Below, in pieces: positions 60,893 to 64,000 of a stretch of DNA of 64,000 bases. The DNA comes from Phoronis australis (lineage: Eukaryota; Animalia; Phoronida). Below the pieces are notes generated by a model, which was not told the DNA's origin, searched no databases, and was given only the letters and a program-made list of their open reading frames with translations. The DNA is taken from contig NMRA01000084.1 in assembly GCA_002633005.1 (NCBI GenBank), positions 713,267 through 777,266 of the forward strand. The letters are read 5' to 3'. Position numbers and translations under genes: made by a program. Position 1 is the stretch's first letter; every line of letters starts with the position of its first letter.

Positions 60893-61589
60893 GTCAGTGA
60901 CCATTTTTTCCTTGCATGAAAACATTCACACCAAGTTAAACCAAACATGATGCCGACTTCCTGTTTGCTTCATGTAAATTTTGCTGCACCTAGGCTATGG
61001 AAATCCTATCGCCTCACTTGCTAGGGGAAAATTATACTGGGAATTTGTTTTTAGTGCTGAAACAAGAAATTGTGCCAGTTGGTATTTCACAATATACTGT
61101 TGAAGGATCATGTCCTGTGATTGGTCCCTCAAAAATTACTTCAAACCATGCTGTGGCAGATTGAAGTCAGCGCTCAACGATATTTTTGTTTCCACTCGTC
61201 CTACTCTCCTTTGAAATTCACTTTACAATGCGTTGTTTAATAGTTGAAAAGGCTGCTTCTTTGTTTTACCAAAAATCCATTTTGAGTTGGGGATGCATTT
61301 TATGGTTGGTCACATGAGATGAAATGAAACTTAATCCTAATATCCACCTAATTGTTGTCTACTACTCACAAGGCAGGTCATTGTGAGGTGTCAATGCACA
61401 CTTTCTTAAGCGAGGAATTCGAACAAGTCAAATACCTCGAACAGCACTATAGGGTAATGCTGTTACAGTTGTAATTTCATTGTTGCAAAGAAAAATTCCA
61501 TTTCTAGAAAGCATGAATGTTTCCTGTGCTGACAGCTGTTTAGAAATGTCCAATGAAACTTAAAAGGGCTAGTAGCACATGATGTTTGG

Positions 61590-62300
61590 TTCAGCTTGAT
61601 TCAGTCTTGGCCTCACTGTGATATGCATTCTGCAAATGAATGTCAACAAGTTTACCTATACTCTTGAACCCACGTTGATGGTTCTCAAAATCTGCCTCCT
61701 GCTCTGCTTGATTGCTGAGGTTTGTCAGGTGAGCTTCACACAAGTAATAGGGTGGCCCTGCAGCCACTATGTTGTGATGCTGACTGCATTTTGACAACAG
61801 CTGATGGAATTCTCCTCGGGAATCAAATATTTATGCTTTTAAGTCTTGTGAGGCCAAGCTTAACTGTTCAATACCTCATACTCCAGCTACAGGAACTGCT
61901 CGGCTCATACTCGTGAACATAGTTCATGACTCATAAACACTGGTCACGAGTCTGGAAGCTTGTGCACACGGCTCACCGATGGTAATCTTTTGCAATGCCC
62001 CCTGTTGACAGAACTCAAGATGTTGTTTAATTTTGATTCCATTTCTGTGTTTTGATATTCAGATTAGATAGACTATGTACTATCGAAGTGTTTTGTTTGT
62101 AATTGTTTTCAATTGAAACAACATGTGGTTTCTTTGAAAGTGACTGGAGACTTCAGGCAGTTTAGGGACACAATTACTGGTAAATGATTTAACCAGAGTA
62201 GTAATTTAAGACCATATCTCAAGCAGCATGCACCCTTTTCAAGCTTTGCAGCTGCCAGCAGACAATATTTTGACAATTTTTGATTGATTAGCATTTCCAA
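61590..62300 (-). mobile_element. Possible heavily decayed retroelement integrase remnant
   Basis: Minus-strand GEFHQLLSKCSQHH...PYY...SNQAE loosely recalls the integrase EFxxF..H...PYxPxSNGxAE region. Many stops; weak. Confidence 0.25.
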
Positions 62301-64000
62301 CAAGGTTAGATACTTTGAAAAATTGAAAATATGCATTCTGACGGTTACATGTATTTGAAGTTGTCGACATTTTACCTTACTTTCCGTCTTCATGGTGGAA
62401 AAAGTTGATGAGTAGTGAAGAATCTGTGAGCCGTGTTCATATGTACCAGAGTTGGTTCAAGCGAGCTGCGATGCTTAGTGCATGTTAGTCCCGGTGCAAG
62501 TTTGTGAGTCAGGTAGTTGAGTTTATATGCTCATAAGTATGTGAAGAACTATGTATGTTTGTATGTGCTTGAGCCGTGTAGTCCGCGTCCACAGTCTGGA
62601 ACTGTGCACCGTATGTCCACAAATTCTCTGTTCACCATTTTATTTTGGCATAAAAAGCAGAAATCGTGTCATTTTCCATTTCCTCTTGCTCATTTGCTAA
62701 ACGGATTGGATATGAGGTGAACAGTTTTATTCTGTACCCTTATTGGCTTCCTCTGGAAACATGACTTGCATAATGTCAGTCTAGTTCTGTTGATTAAGTG
62801 TTTTTGTTTGGTCACTGTGACTTGATTTTGAGAGTAACGATCTTAAGTATGACAGACTTCTGTTGATGCAAATGTGACCGCTGGCAGATCATTCCACCAG
62901 TTTTCACTTCACCAAGCTGCATTTGGGTCATATGCTGGACTGGTGGTGTGTTGACTGTCAGGGATTTGTTGGACTCTGAAGGGGATTAGCAAGTGAGCTG
63001 TGTGGAAGGAAAATCAACAAGTGCCAGCAGAGACTGCAGCGTGTCGCCTAATGACTGGATCCAAATGTTTGTACCAATGACCATCTGTGTAGTTCACAGT
63101 CACTGTTAGACTGTACTTCTTTTCACTATCAGTCTGGAACTAAGTTACATCCTCCACGTTCACCATCGGAGTAGTAACCGGGCTGTGACACTGCCTGTCG
63201 CAGAAGCCATCATTGTTTTGGCTGGTACTCCCAACATCACTCCCCTACATTATGTTGGTGCCATAACTGAAGTGTGCTTCTAGGGTATTGATCTTTGTTG
63301 CTGTGTTTCTGTTATCACCACCCTTACAGTACCGCTGCTTTGGCAGAAACACGCTATCATTGGTCTACAGTGCAGTGTTAACAACACCGCAACCATAGTT
63401 CTACATCACTTCATACTTGAAGTAGTTGATTCAATGGTAAACACGAATGTCGCACTATTAGCCTAGTCGTATATCTGGTGTATGGTTATGAATATTTATC
63501 AATCTCAGGTGATAATATTTAAGAGTCACTTGCTGAGAGCGTCATCAGTTGTTTATCTTGACATCTAAGCACACTGATGCTTGAAACCTGACTGTTGATA
63601 AAGTCTGTATTTTGTATGTACTGTTTTTTCATTTTGTAATTCCACTTCAGTTCTTGGACTTATGATGGTTTTAGGGATGAGCATCAGCTCAGTAGTCACA
63701 AATATGGCCTTAAAGTTTTTGGGACTCTTAGTTCTGTGTATTTTTTTCTCGTTCACACATAACTCTTTCACTCTGTATCGAGATTGTATCAATTCCACCG
63801 TTTCTGTTCAGGGATGTGCACTGAAATCTTTTATTGCACTGCCTTCTGTGGGTTTTGTTGGCCTTTGGCTATGGAGCGAGAGTTGTATGCTGTGTAGTCT
63901 CCATCCCTTGACCCAATTGTCAAACTGTGTTCACCCCAGTTTGCCTTCTGCTGATGAATCCCCCAGCTGAACAGGTCATGAGGCTTTTGTTCCCAAAAGA

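Noticed and set aside
62750-63450. Gag-like hints on the minus strand (LDPVIRRH)
   Set aside because: Too fragmentary, with no LTRs or intact motifs.
1-64000. tRNA, rRNA or other structured RNA genes
   Set aside because: None recognised by eye. A tRNAscan-SE/Infernal run would be needed to exclude them.

Overview
AT-rich, intron-containing animal genomic DNA with three N gaps; probably a marine invertebrate, possibly a lophotrochozoan (inferred only from gene and repeat content). From left to right: (1) a rhodopsin-family peptide-type GPCR with an intronless CDS, a signal peptide and a Ser/Thr-rich stalk (2875-4344,+). (2) A group of small spliced secreted-peptide genes that the ORF track shows only in fragments or not at all: a 172-aa amidated neuropeptide precursor (20865-22458,+; pQKTLLKFa, (R)QKSFSVYa, RSFSIFa), a 3-exon signal-peptide gene that is one base away from encoding SPIQQRF-GRR (32047-31303,-), and a 74-aa secreted Cys-pair peptide gene (33219-32534,-). 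(3) A multi-exon gene (from 49348,+) whose first coding exon can splice in phase either through three 72-nt exons to a 7-zinc-finger terminal exon or to a second downstream NLS/RG-rich exon chain, a lola/mod(mdg4)-like layout. The intergenic and intronic DNA holds many DNA-transposon derivatives (a 1.18-kb foldback element, hAT-like elements with about 5-bp target duplications, Kolobok-like and Helentron-like elements), LINE fragments and simple repeats. All gene models were built by eye from GT-AG signals and phase consistency, with no database search.
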